A DNA stretch of 64,000 nt. It comes from Casimicrobiaceae bacterium (lineage in GTDB: Bacteria; Pseudomonadota; Gammaproteobacteria; Burkholderiales; Casimicrobiaceae). Shown here piece after piece: positions 18,326 through 28,256 of this stretch. The notes beneath the pieces were generated by a model. That model had not been told where the DNA came from, ran no database searches, and saw nothing but the letters and a program-made list of their open reading frames with translations. The stretch's first letter is position 1, and each line of letters begins with the position of its first letter. The DNA lies in assembly GCA_025056355.1 (NCBI GenBank), contig JANWWI010000004.1, positions 24,300 through 88,299 on the forward strand. Reading direction: 5' to 3'. The position numbers and the translations under genes are program-made.

Positions 18326-18371
18326 CTGAAGCCGCGGCGAACGACGGCGGCTGGCTAAACTGCCAGCACGG

Positions 18372-19799
18372 ATGACCTTCGATTCGCTGACCTTCGCGCT
18401 CTTTCTCGCGATCGTCTTTCCCACCTACTGCCTGCTTCGCGCCTGGGGGGCGCGGAAGAACCTTTTGCTTGCGGCAAGCGCCGTGTTCTACGGGGCGTGG
18501 AATCCGTTCTTCCTGCTTCTGCTGGCCTTTACGACCGTGTTCGACTGGTGGGCAGCGCAGCGCATGGAGGCATCCACAAGCGAGCGCACGCGGCGCGCCT
18601 GGATGTGGGCCGCTGTTGGGGCGAGCCTCGCGATCCTTGGCTTTTTCAAGTACGCGCAGTTTCTCGCGAACACCGCAATCGAATGGGCGGCGCATCTCGG
18701 CATCACCTACCGCCCGCTCGACCTGGGGATCATCCTGCCGCTAGGCATTTCCTTCTACACCTTCGAATCGGTGAGCTACATCGTGGACGTCTACAAGCGA
18801 CGGGTGGCGGCCACGAAATCGCTGCGCGATTACGCGCTTTTCATGACCTTCTTTCCGCATCTCGTGGCCGGGCCGATCATGCGCTTTGGGGATTTTGCGC
18901 AGCAGATCGCCACCCCGCGACGCCTCACCGTCGAGGATGCGCTCATGGGGCTCTACCTCGCGGTCGCGGGGCTGTTTCTCAAGATCGTCGGTGCGGATCA
19001 TGTCTTCGCGCCGGTGGCCGATCGGGTGTTCGCAGCCGACTATGCGGCAGGCACGGCGGCCGCCTGGATCGGGGCCTTTGCGTTCTCAGGCCAGGTGTTT
19101 TGCGACTTTGGCGGCTATTCGCTGACCGCGATCGGGGTTGCGCGGATGTTCGGCATTCATCTGCCGGCGAACTTCGAATCACCCTTCGCAAGCGTCGGGA
19201 TCGCAGAGTTGTGGACGCGCTGGCATATCTCGCTTTCCTCCTGGCTTCGCGACTATGTGTTCAATCCGCTCGGGGGCTATCGCAGAGGGCGCTGGCGCGG
19301 CTATGCGAATGTGATGATCACCTTCACGGCCTGCGGCTTCTGGCACGGTGCGGCGTGGCACTTCGTGGCCTGGGGCGTGACGCACGGGGCGCTGCTCGTG
19401 GCCGAGCGCATGCTCAAGGATTCCCCGCTCGGGGCTTGGCGGGTCTGGGACGTGCGGCTCGTGCGGGCGCTGCTTGCGCTTCTCACCTTCACGCTCTTCA
19501 CACTTGCCGTGGTCTTCTTTCGCGCGCCGGATCTGGCTGTGGCTTGGCAGCGCCTGGCGGCAATGTTTGGCATGGAGCCCACGAAGGTGGCGGAGTTCGC
19601 GTGGAACGGCGAGGTCAAGACCGCGCTTGCCGGCTTGGTGGTGATGCTTGCCGTACAGGCGTGGCTCAAGCCGCGCAAGGGCTGGGAGTGGCTGCGTGAA
19701 ACACCGCTGGCAGCGCGTGCGCTTGTGCTGGCCGTGCTGCTCACGGCCATCCTGTTTTCGCCCGGCAAGGGGCAGACCTTCATCTACTTTCAGTTCTGA
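18372..19799 (+). CDS. MBOAT O-acyltransferase (AlgI/PatA/DltB-like)
   Basis: 'LPLGISFYTF', 'FFPHLVAGPI', 'WTRWHISLSSWLRDYV', 'GFWHGAAW'. Confidence 0.92.
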   Translation: MTFDSLTFALFLAIVFPTYCLLRAWGARKNLLLAASAVFYGAWNPFFLLLLAFTTVFDWWAAQRMEASTSERTRRAWMWAAVGASLAILGFFKYAQFLANTAIEWAAHLGITYRPLDLGIILPLGISFYTFESVSYIVDVYKRRVAATKSLRDYALFMTFFPHLVAGPIMRFGDFAQQIATPRRLTVEDALMGLYLAVAGLFLKIVGADHVFAPVADRVFAADYAAGTAAAWIGAFAFSGQVFCDFGGYSLTAIGVARMFGIHLPANFESPFASVGIAELWTRWHISLSSWLRDYVFNPLGGYRRGRWRGYANVMITFTACGFWHGAAWHFVAWGVTHGALLVAERMLKDSPLGAWRVWDVRLVRALLALLTFTLFTLAVVFFRAPDLAVAWQRLAAMFGMEPTKVAEFAWNGEVKTALAGLVVMLAVQAWLKPRKGWEWLRETPLAARALVLAVLLTAILFSPGKGQTFIYFQF

Positions 19800-19801
19800 T
19801 C

Positions 19802-20803
19802 ATGAACGAAGCGCGCAGTTGGCTCCTCATTTGGGCGGCGGCGCTTGCGATCGCTGGGGCCGCCTGGGTGGGCTTTGAGCGCTATTGGCGCGCGCAGGGC
19901 TACGTGCCTACGGTGGTCGATGACAAAAACCTCTGGTCGCTAAAGCGCGCGCGCGCGGTTCGCCCGGCACCGCCCACACGGGTGGCGCTACTTGGGGCTT
20001 CCCGCATTCAGTACGGCTTGAGCCCCGCCGCGATGCGGGATGAGGCGCGCAAACTTGGGCTCGACATCGACCCGATCATGCTGGCGGTCAACGGTCACTA
20101 TCCGCTTGCAGCGCTGCGCGATCTCTCGGACGACCCAAAGTTCACAGGTATTGCCATCGTGGGCATCGATGCCCGAGGTTTCCATCGCGAATGGCGCGAC
20201 ATGCAGCAAAAGCATGTGGACTACTACCACCAGGAGTTCACGCCGGCGAAGGCCCTACACCGGCGGCTGCTCACGCCGCTGCAGGAGCGCTTTATCGCCG
20301 CGCGGCCAGATTTCGCCTGGGTGACGCTGCTCAACCGCTGGTGGGATGGCCTCGGGCCGCCATGGAAGGAGTATGTGACCTTCGCACGCGACCGGTCAGG
20401 GGCGACCGACTACTACAAAAGCGACCTCCGGGCCATCCGCGAAGCTCGCGTGGCCGAGCTTCGCAAGTACTACCCCATGTTCACGCCACCTACGCCCGAG
20501 GCGTGGCTCGCAGCGAACCTCGACGTGATCGACTGGGTGCGACGCATCCAGGCGCGGGGCGGCCAGGTGGTGTTCTACCGCGAGCCGGTCTCGGATGAGC
20601 ATTTCGAGATGGATGAGGCGCGTTTTCCGCGCGCACGGACCTGGGATGAGCTTGCGCGCCGTATGCCCGCGCCGATGATCGATTTTCAGGATCACCCCGA
20701 ACTCAACATCCCGACTCCCGACACCTCCCACATCGACGCAAGGGACATCGAGCGCCACTCGCGTGCGCTCGTGCAGGTGCTGCGCAAGCTGGGGGTGTGG
20801 TGA
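19802..20803 (+). CDS. Membrane-anchored SGNH-like acyltransferase partner (AlgJ/PatB/DltD-like)
   Basis: N-terminal TM, 'LLGASR' (G-x-S), C-terminal 'DTSH' (D-x-x-H); 2 bp after the MBOAT gene. Confidence 0.65.
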   Translation: MNEARSWLLIWAAALAIAGAAWVGFERYWRAQGYVPTVVDDKNLWSLKRARAVRPAPPTRVALLGASRIQYGLSPAAMRDEARKLGLDIDPIMLAVNGHYPLAALRDLSDDPKFTGIAIVGIDARGFHREWRDMQQKHVDYYHQEFTPAKALHRRLLTPLQERFIAARPDFAWVTLLNRWWDGLGPPWKEYVTFARDRSGATDYYKSDLRAIREARVAELRKYYPMFTPPTPEAWLAANLDVIDWVRRIQARGGQVVFYREPVSDEHFEMDEARFPRARTWDELARRMPAPMIDFQDHPELNIPTPDTSHIDARDIERHSRALVQVLRKLGVW

Positions 20804-20823
20804 GCGCGGCGTAACGCCTGCGC

Positions 20824-21588
20824 CTAGCGCAGCGTGATGTCAGCGTAGCAGGCGCTTGCCGTGCCGCCCAGGGTTTCGGTGTCGGTCATGATGCCGATCG
20901 ATTCGATCTCGCCGGGTTCTTCGCCGGGAAAGGCCCGCCGGTAGTCCTCGCGAACATCGCGTTCGAAGCTAAGCCATTCGCCCAGACCCGCCGGCCCCGA
21001 GCGCACCACGAGTTTTTTGATGCGGCTGACGGTGTGATGATCGATCACCGTCTCGGCGGGCACCTCGGCTTCCCAGAGGTATTGAATCGACGCAAACGGC
21101 AGCTCCCAGCCACCCAGGAGCTTGGCCATGTTCATCGCCGCCCGGTCGGCCGCGGGGACCCGATTCATGTCGCCTTTGAACCCGACGAGCACCCGCACCG
21201 GCGCATCATCCCGGCCCATGCCGACACTTGTGGCGTTGGGGATCAAGGCCTCGGTGCGCCAGCGCCAGGAGAGTTTCGAGGCACCCGCGAATTCAGGCGG
21301 CACCCGTACCGCAAGCACCGACCACGAGCTGAAGGCGTCGGCGCGAATGCAGGGCACACCTTCGACGATGTCGGCGCGGTAGACGGTCTCGGTTTTGAAG
21401 CGGATCGGCGCATGCACCCACGGGGCTTGGGTGGGGTCGTTGGGCAGTCGCAAAACCCCTCGCGCGGCCGCAGGGGCGGGGGTGCTTGCCGGTTCCACGG
21501 TGGCACAGCCGACGATCAAGAATGCGAGCGAAGCAACGCTTAGAACACGCGCAAGCGTCCCGCCCGACCAGAGCAGCGGATCAAGCAT
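20824..21588 (-). CDS. DUF3047 family lipoprotein
   Basis: Lipobox 'IVGC'; 'LSWRW', 'DDAPVRV', 'YLWE', 'WLSFERDVREDYRRAF', 'IMTDTE'. Confidence 0.85.
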   Translation of the reverse strand: MLDPLLWSGGTLARVLSVASLAFLIVGCATVEPASTPAPAAARGVLRLPNDPTQAPWVHAPIRFKTETVYRADIVEGVPCIRADAFSSWSVLAVRVPPEFAGASKLSWRWRTEALIPNATSVGMGRDDAPVRVLVGFKGDMNRVPAADRAAMNMAKLLGGWELPFASIQYLWEAEVPAETVIDHHTVSRIKKLVVRSGPAGLGEWLSFERDVREDYRRAFPGEEPGEIESIGIMTDTETLGGTASACYADITLR

Positions 21589-22005
21589 GAATGAGGCAAG
21601 TCGTCCCGATCACCCGCGAGCATAACGCCCTTCGATGACGGCAGCGCGCGAGAGAACTTCGGCGAGTGAGGTGGCGATGGCCAGGCTGTCGGCAGTAAGC
21701 ACTGCCTAAGCGAGCCTGCGCGGCAAGAAGCTCAAAGTCGATCCGGCGAGCACACACGCGGCGCTTCGTGCGGCCACTGTCCAGGCGTTCCTGCCGCGAG
21801 CGCGGAGCAATCCGTCATCGACGTTGCGCTTGATTCCCGCGATCAAGTGCGCTTGCGGCACCGGTTCAGTCGGCGGTCGAGGCAAGCCCTTGATCCGAAC
21901 CGACCGCTTCCCTCACGCTGCGATGTCGAGGCGAACGAGGCAAACCGGGCAAGGCCGCTCTCCGTGGTGTCGAGAGGCCGCAGGCGCTCGCGCCACGCTG
22001 CGCTT

Positions 22006-23280
22006 TCAGAGGGTTGCCGGCCCTAGCATTTCATCGAGGATGTTGGTAAGCCAGCCCATCGCATAGATGCCTTCGATCGGGCTTTCCCGGTCGCTCAATC
22101 CGCCGGCGCCCTGAACCGGCTTCATCGTCCGTTCCTTCGGATCGTAGCGATAGACCGCCGCAACATGGATGGCATCGCTCTGAGTGACGAAGCTATAGCA
22201 GGTGTTGGCGATTGCGATGTCCTCCAGTGGGGGCTCTCCCGCGAGCTGCCGCGCGATGGCGAGGGCGCAGACCTTGCCTTGCTGGTTGGCCATGTGCCCC
22301 GACTTGGGCATCCCGGGGGCGCCCTGGATGCTGTCGCCCACCACATGCACGCCAGCAAGCGCGGTGGATTCGTACGTGCGGAAATCGACCGCACACCAGC
22401 GGCCTCCGGCCGCGTTCGCAAGGCCGGAGGTCATCGCGATGCGCCCGGCACGTTGCGGCGGGATGAGATTCCATAGATCGGCTTTGACTTTGCCTTGTGC
22501 GGAAAAGACGATTTCGCCATCGGCACCGACGCTGGCGATTTCGGCGTTGGGCGTGTAGGTGATGAGTCCCTTGTACTCCCGCGCCCAGATCCGTTCGAAG
22601 AGTCCCTTCTTCGACTGGATTTCGGGATTGGCATCGAACACGAGCAGCTTGGCCCTAGGGTTTCGCTGCTTGAGGCGTGCAGCGATCAGGCTCGCTCGCT
22701 CGTAGGGGCCGGGGGGACAGCGATAAGGCACTTTGGGGATGTGCATCGCCACCACGCCGCCTTCACGAAGCTCGGCCAGGCGGTCCCGTAGCTCGATCGT
22801 CTGCGGCCCCGCTTTCCAGGCGTGCAGGACCCGCGCCTGAGCCTCGCGCGACAAGCCCGGCACGGCGTCGAAATCGAAATCGATGCCCGGCGCAACGATA
22901 AGCCGATCCCAGGCGAGGCGTCTGCCGCCCGCGGTGGCCACTTCGCGCCGACTGGGGTCGATCGCCGTTGCGCTATCCTGAATCCAGCTGATGCGGAAGC
23001 GCGCTGCGAAGGCTTCATAGCTGCGGGTCAGATCGCGCAGCCCTATGGCCCCCTGAATCACGCGATTGCTCATCGGACAGGAGACAAATTGCGCCGCCGG
23101 CTCAACCAGCGTGACGTTGACGCGCGGGGCGAACTCCCGGAGATAGCGTGCACAGGTGAGGCCGCCGAAGCCCCCGCCAATGACCACGACATTGGCGCGG
23201 CCTTGTGCACGGAGGCGTGCGGGCGTGAGCCAGCCCGTCATCGCGATCACGCCGGTGGAGAGAAAAGCACGACGATCCAT
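22006..23280 (-). CDS. fccB: Flavocytochrome c sulfide dehydrogenase, flavoprotein subunit
   Basis: Tat 'DRRAFL', 'VIGGGFGG', 'SCPMSN', 'CPPGPYERAS', 'MPKSGHMAN', 'NTCYS'. Confidence 0.9.
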   Translation of the reverse strand: MDRRAFLSTGVIAMTGWLTPARLRAQGRANVVVIGGGFGGLTCARYLREFAPRVNVTLVEPAAQFVSCPMSNRVIQGAIGLRDLTRSYEAFAARFRISWIQDSATAIDPSRREVATAGGRRLAWDRLIVAPGIDFDFDAVPGLSREAQARVLHAWKAGPQTIELRDRLAELREGGVVAMHIPKVPYRCPPGPYERASLIAARLKQRNPRAKLLVFDANPEIQSKKGLFERIWAREYKGLITYTPNAEIASVGADGEIVFSAQGKVKADLWNLIPPQRAGRIAMTSGLANAAGGRWCAVDFRTYESTALAGVHVVGDSIQGAPGMPKSGHMANQQGKVCALAIARQLAGEPPLEDIAIANTCYSFVTQSDAIHVAAVYRYDPKERTMKPVQGAGGLSDRESPIEGIYAMGWLTNILDEMLGPATL

Positions 23281-23300
23281 GAGCTGACCCTCCTCGGCAT

Positions 23301-23624
23301 TTACTTGAACCGGCCGAAATATTCGGCGAGCGCCTTGAGCTCGGCTTCGCTGTAGCCCTTAGCATGGCGCGGCATGACCGTGCCGGGAAGCGTGCCGTTG
23401 CGGAAGCCGATCAGCTTGCGTTCAAGCTCAGCCGCCCCCTGCCCAACGAGGCGCAAACCCACCCCTTGGGCACGCCCTTCAACGCCGTGGCAAGTCTGGC
23501 AGGTCGCCGCGATCAGGCGAATCGAGGGACTGTCGGCCGACAGGCTCTGCGCCGATACGGCGGCGCTTACCACCAGCGTCGCGGCAAACCCCGCAAGGAA
23601 ACGACGGACTCCGTGAGCGTTCAT
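23301..23624 (-). CDS. fccA: Monoheme cytochrome c subunit of sulfide dehydrogenase
   Basis: Signal peptide, single 'CQTCH', distal Met in 'GTVMPRHAKGY'; directly upstream of fccB. Confidence 0.85.
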   Translation of the reverse strand: MNAHGVRRFLAGFAATLVVSAAVSAQSLSADSPSIRLIAATCQTCHGVEGRAQGVGLRLVGQGAAELERKLIGFRNGTLPGTVMPRHAKGYSEAELKALAEYFGRFK

Positions 23625-24231
23625 ACAGCGACCACGAGCAGTTTTTGCCTGAGGTTCGGAATGATCCGACAAGAGACCGGCCAAGTAAAGCGTGTAGGGA
23701 TTGGGGTTTTTCCGCGTCCGACCCACGCAACCAGGGCGAGCGTTTTTTTCTGCTCTTGGCAAAACGTCTCGACGCACGAGCGATAGGCCGTCTTTGCGCC
23801 CCGCGGTGCCAACAACGCCTCGAAGGTGGTGAGGGGCCACCAATGCGGCCAGCTCGATCAGGCTCCCGCCAGTGGGGCCGAGCGTGCTGCTCGGATGGGC
23901 CGAGCATCGCCCGAGAAAACCTCTGCTTTCACCGCGGCGTCCTGCCTGGGCCTAAGCGCTGCGGGTTGCCGCGCGGGCGGGTGCGCGGCGGGTGGATGCA
24001 CGGCTGTGCTTGGCCCGTGCCGAGCGCAACATCGCGACCGCTTCGGATCGGCACGGTCGCCGGCGCGAGGCGCGCCTGGGGGTTGAGCTAACGAGCCGGC
24101 GCGATGAGCGCGCGAGCCGATGCGAGCGTGCCTAAGCGCCCCGCGCGAGCGCCCGCGGGACGGAAGTCATGCTGCGTCCGTGTGGCTCGAGCTCGATTGG
24201 CGCGCTCATCGAGCGCGCTGTGCGCGCGGAC

Positions 24232-25350
24232 CTACCAAGCGAGCGTCTCGAAGGGGTGGCGCGAAGGAACATCCGGCGCCACACGCAGAGTTCGCGAGGC
24301 GCAATCCATCACCACCGCAAAGACCGTTTCCACCCGGGTCTCGGGCGGCTCGCTTGGATCGGCCTCACGGGCGATGGCCGCGAGGGGCTCGCCGGAGGTA
24401 TCGGCCAAGAGCGCCTCGATGGCCTCCGGTGCGACCGCTTGGGGCCAGCGGGCGACGATCTCACGCGCACGCTCAAGCCGCGGCGCCGAGGTGGCACTGG
24501 CAGGCATGCAGCCCGCGCGCTCGGCGAGGTTGGCCGCGCAGAAGTGATTCGTATGGAGCACCACGCCGTGCACGGGGGCAAGCGCCGCCACCCCGCCCGG
24601 GCTGTATTCGAGGCAGGCAACTGCCCCGGAGCGATCCCCAAGAATGGCATTCGACGAGGCCGCAAAGGCTGTGCGCTCGGCAAGGGCAACCACCTCGGAG
24701 ACGCTTTCGCAGTCAAGTGCCGCACGCTGGAACACATGCACCGGCAGACCGAGCTTCATGCCATCCTCGCTCGAGCGCAGGATGTTGAGCCCGATTGCAA
24801 GACCATGCGCGTTGACGCCGATCTTGCCCAGCATTCCCGCCTCGGTGAGCACGATGAGATCCGGGCCCTCCGCACGCCGAATCGAGAGTACGAGCACATG
24901 CTCGCGCTGCGCAGGCAGCCAATCCCAGTTTTGCGCGACCCGTGTGCGGCCATCCGCCATCCGTGAGGCACTCACGGCAACGCTTGTGCACTCGGCCGGC
25001 TGCGCCGCGGATTGTGCCTGTGCGCTGTCCTGCGCTCGCGTCGCCGCGAAAAACCCTTGCGGCAGCAGCTCGGTGCGGGCGTTGAGGGCCAGCAGCGCAT
25101 CGAGCGAGACGCCACAGCCGGCGGCTATTCCTTGCAGCTCGGTGTAGAGGGACGGATGCAGATCGGCGATCGGTTCTCGATAGCGCCAGGCACGTGCGCA
25201 GGCATCGGGCCAGGCAAGCCCCACCTGTTCGAAAAGCGCGCGATAGACACGCAGCGACCCGAGGATGGCCTGCCGCGCCTGCAGTCCGTGCCAACGGCCA
25301 CGCTCAAACGGCCCGCCGCAAAGCTCGATTCGTGGGAACATGCGCGACAT
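24232..25350 (-). CDS. C45-family Ntn peptidase (acyl-CoA:6-APA acyltransferase-like)
   Basis: 'GGPFERG..HG', 'LNARTE', autocleavage 'ECTS', 'AQNWDW', 'GKIGVN', 'HTNHF'. Confidence 0.88.
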   Translation of the reverse strand: MSRMFPRIELCGGPFERGRWHGLQARQAILGSLRVYRALFEQVGLAWPDACARAWRYREPIADLHPSLYTELQGIAAGCGVSLDALLALNARTELLPQGFFAATRAQDSAQAQSAAQPAECTSVAVSASRMADGRTRVAQNWDWLPAQREHVLVLSIRRAEGPDLIVLTEAGMLGKIGVNAHGLAIGLNILRSSEDGMKLGLPVHVFQRAALDCESVSEVVALAERTAFAASSNAILGDRSGAVACLEYSPGGVAALAPVHGVVLHTNHFCAANLAERAGCMPASATSAPRLERAREIVARWPQAVAPEAIEALLADTSGEPLAAIAREADPSEPPETRVETVFAVVMDCASRTLRVAPDVPSRHPFETLAW

Positions 25351-25370
25351 TTTTGCCAAGCCACCCACCG

Positions 25371-26108
25371 ATGAAAACCATCCTGCTGACCGGGGCCACA
25401 CGAGGCATCGGCCTGGCCACCGCCAAACGCCTGCTTGCCCGGGGCTGTCGCGTGCTTGCGCTCGGCCGCGACTTTCGACGCTTTGATCGCGAGATCGAGC
25501 TGCGCTCACCGGCGGTCGAACGGATCGCGTTTGACTTGCGCCGGCTCGAAGCGATCGAATCGCTCGTTGAAGGCCTGCCGCCTCTCGATGTGCTTGTCAA
25601 CAACGCCGCGATGCTGACGGCTCAGCCGTTTGATCGCTACCCTCTAGCCGAGCGGCGCGATCTGATCGCGGTCAACCTCGAAGCCCCGGCGGAACTTGCG
25701 CGCGCATGCCTTGCGCGCTGGTTGGCGCGGCCGCAAGCGGCGCAAAACGCTTCTTCCACCGAGCGAGGGCGCATCGTGAATGTGGCCTCGGTGGCCGCCT
25801 TCGGCGGGCATCCGGATGTGTGGTATGGGGCGAGCAAGGCAGCGCTCATCAATCTCACCAAGAGTTTGGCCAAGCGCTATGGGCCCGAAGGCGTGCTCGT
25901 CAATGCTGTGGCGCCCGGGCCGACGAAGACCGATATGTTCGAGCGCCTACCGCCTGAGCGCATCACGGAATTCGAGCGGCTCGTGCTCGCACGGCGTTTT
26001 GCTGAACCCGATGAGGTCGCGCGCGTGATCGAATGGCTCGCGCTCGATGCGCCGGAGTACGTCAACGGCGCAACGATCGATGTGACGAGCGGGGCGTATT
26101 TACGCTGA
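25371..26108 (+). CDS. Short-chain dehydrogenase/reductase
   Basis: 'TGATRGIG', 'NNAA', catalytic 'YGASK', 'VAPGPTKT'. Confidence 0.92.
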   Translation: MKTILLTGATRGIGLATAKRLLARGCRVLALGRDFRRFDREIELRSPAVERIAFDLRRLEAIESLVEGLPPLDVLVNNAAMLTAQPFDRYPLAERRDLIAVNLEAPAELARACLARWLARPQAAQNASSTERGRIVNVASVAAFGGHPDVWYGASKAALINLTKSLAKRYGPEGVLVNAVAPGPTKTDMFERLPPERITEFERLVLARRFAEPDEVARVIEWLALDAPEYVNGATIDVTSGAYLR

Positions 26109-26152
26109 TCGAGTCCCCTCGTTCTCGCGCAAGGCCACGGCAGCCCGTCGGC

Positions 26153-26386
26153 TCACCCCGTGCTGCAGCAACCCGCCTCGCCGCGAGCGCGGGCGGCCTG
26201 CACGGGCGGGCAGGGCTGATCGCCGTAGGAACAAAAGACGCAGCAGTCGCCAGGCTTGGGGCTCAGGCGCGCGCCGCAGCCTGGACAGTCGTAGAAGAAG
26301 AGGCAGGCATCAATCGGCATCGGCTCCACCGCTCGATGCCCGCAAGCCGGACAGGTGATAAGCCCCATCGGGCGGGGTGCGTTCAT
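26153..26386 (-). CDS. GDCCVxC-domain Cys-rich small protein
   Basis: 'CPACG...[12 protein letters not shown]...[13 protein letters not shown]...CPP'. Confidence 0.88.
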   Translation of the reverse strand: MNAPRPMGLITCPACGHRAVEPMPIDACLFFYDCPGCGARLSPKPGDCCVFCSYGDQPCPPVQAARARGEAGCCSTG

Positions 26387-28251
26387 GCGGCAAGCTGCGC
26401 GAGACGTTCCCGTACCGAGCGCTCGATGCCCGGCGCATCCAGTCCGACCGAGGCGAGCATGATGGCCGGATCGCCCTGATCGATGAAGCGATCCGGCAGG
26501 CCGAGCGTGAGCACGGGGGTTGAAAGCCCGGCCGCGGCAAGGGCTTCCAGTACCGCGCTGCCAGCGCTACCCATGACCGAAGCTTCTTCGACCGTCACGA
26601 GCAGATCATGGGTGCGTGCAAGTTCACACACAAGCGGCACATCGAGCGGCTTGGCGAAGCGCATGTTGGCAAGCGTCGCATCGAGCGACTCGGCCACGGT
26701 TGCGCAGGGATGCAGCATCGAACCCCAGGCAAGCAGGGCCACCCGCGGGCGGGCCTTTGCGCTGGCCGGCCGCAGGATCAAGCCGCGCCCGAGTTCCAAC
26801 GGCGCAACCGCGGCATCTTCAGGCCCGTGCGCCGCGCCGCGCGGGTAGCGCACCGCCGCCGGGCCCGCCAAGGTGAGGGCAAAGGAAAGCATCGCGCGGC
26901 ATTCGGCCGCGGAGCTCGGCGCCAGCACCGTCATGTTGGGCACACAGCGCAGATACGCCACATCGAAGCTGCCCGCGTGCGTGGGCCCGTCGGCGCCGAC
27001 CAACCCGGCGCGATCGATGGCGAAGACCACCGGCAGGTTTTGCAAGGCCACGTCATGGATGGCCTGATCGTAGGCGCGTTGCAGAAAGGTTGAATAGATG
27101 GCCACCACCGGGCGCATGCCCTCGCAGGCAAGCCCCGCCGCGAAGGTGACCGCGTGCTGTTCGGCGATGCCGACATCGAAGTAGCGCTCGGGAAATTCTT
27201 GCGAGAAGCGCACCATGCCCGAGCCCTCGCGCATGGCCGGGGTGATTCCCACCACACGCGCATCCGCCGCGGCGGCCTCACAGAGCCAGTCGCCGAAGAC
27301 CTCCGAGTAGGTTTTCTTCGTCGCCTTGCCGCTGCCCGCGGGGATGCCCACCGCATGGTCGAACTTGCCCACGCCGTGGTAGAGGATCGGGTCCTCCTCC
27401 GCGAGCTTGTAGCCCGCGCCCTTTTTGGTGATGACATGCAGGAACTGCGGCCCGGGGCGGTTCTTGATCTTGTCGAGCGTGTCGACCAGCAGCTGCACAT
27501 CATGACCATCGATCGGCCCGATGTAGTTGAAGCCGAATTCCTCCCAGAGCGTGCCCGGCAGAACCATGCCTTTGACATGCTCCTCGGCGCGCCGAGCGAA
27601 ACGCGCCACCGAGGGAGCCACAGACAACACCCGCTTGCCGACCGCCCGGACCCGCTCGTAGCTGTGGCTGGCCAGCACCCGCGAGAGATAGCGATTGAGC
27701 GCCCCCACCGGTTCGGAGATCGACATCTCGTTGTCGTTGAGGATCACGAGCAGGTCGGCATCCATCGCCCCAGCGTTGTTGAGCGCCTCAAAGGCCATTC
27801 CCGCGCTCATCGCTCCATCGCCAATCACGGCCACGACCCGGCGTTTTTCGCCCTTGGCTTTGGCGGCAACCGCCATGCCGAGCGCGGCTGAAATCGAGGT
27901 CGAGGAGTGTGCGGTGCCAAAGGTGTCGTACTCGCTTTCCTCGCGCCGCGGAAAGCCCGCCAGCCCGCCCCATTGCCGCAGGGTGTGCATGCGCTTGCGC
28001 CGGCCGGTCAGGATCTTGTGTGGGTAGCACTGGTGCCCGACATCCCAGATGAGCCGGTCATGCGGCGTGTTGAGACAGTAGTGCAGCGCCACGGTGAGTT
28101 CGATGACCCCGAGGTTCGAGGCGAAGTGCCCGCCGGTCTTGGCGACCGATTCGGTCACGAAGTGGCGAAGTTCATCGCAGAGCGCGGGCAGTTCCTCCGG
28201 CGCGAGACGGCGAAGATCTTCTGGGCTGTCGATGCGCTCAAGCAAGCTCAT
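26383..28251 (-). CDS. dxs: 1-deoxy-D-xylulose-5-phosphate synthase
   Basis: 'GGHFASNLG', 'WDVGHQCY', '[10 protein letters not shown]', 'IGDGAM', 'DVGIAEQH', '[11 protein letters not shown]'. Confidence 0.97.
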   Translation of the reverse strand: MSLLERIDSPEDLRRLAPEELPALCDELRHFVTESVAKTGGHFASNLGVIELTVALHYCLNTPHDRLIWDVGHQCYPHKILTGRRKRMHTLRQWGGLAGFPRREESEYDTFGTAHSSTSISAALGMAVAAKAKGEKRRVVAVIGDGAMSAGMAFEALNNAGAMDADLLVILNDNEMSISEPVGALNRYLSRVLASHSYERVRAVGKRVLSVAPSVARFARRAEEHVKGMVLPGTLWEEFGFNYIGPIDGHDVQLLVDTLDKIKNRPGPQFLHVITKKGAGYKLAEEDPILYHGVGKFDHAVGIPAGSGKATKKTYSEVFGDWLCEAAAADARVVGITPAMREGSGMVRFSQEFPERYFDVGIAEQHAVTFAAGLACEGMRPVVAIYSTFLQRAYDQAIHDVALQNLPVVFAIDRAGLVGADGPTHAGSFDVAYLRCVPNMTVLAPSSAAECRAMLSFALTLAGPAAVRYPRGAAHGPEDAAVAPLELGRGLILRPASAKARPRVALLAWGSMLHPCATVAESLDATLANMRFAKPLDVPLVCELARTHDLLVTVEEASVMGSAGSAVLEALAAAGLSTPVLTLGLPDRFIDQGDPAIMLASVGLDAPGIERSVRERLAQLAA

Positions 28252-28256
28252 GCGGC

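Noticed and set aside
21589-22005. ~420-bp intergenic stretch between DUF3047 and fccB
   Set aside because: No convincing ORF, repeat or RNA motif on either strand.
23625-24231. ~600-bp gap upstream of fccA, including an 86-aa Cys/Gly ORF and a TTGGCCGGTCTCTTGT sigma54-like box
   Set aside because: The ORF looks like GC noise; the box has GT instead of the required GC at -12.
26153-26386. Possible selenoprotein (GDCCVxC family)
   Set aside because: All positions are Cys codons; no in-frame UGA and no SECIS-like need.
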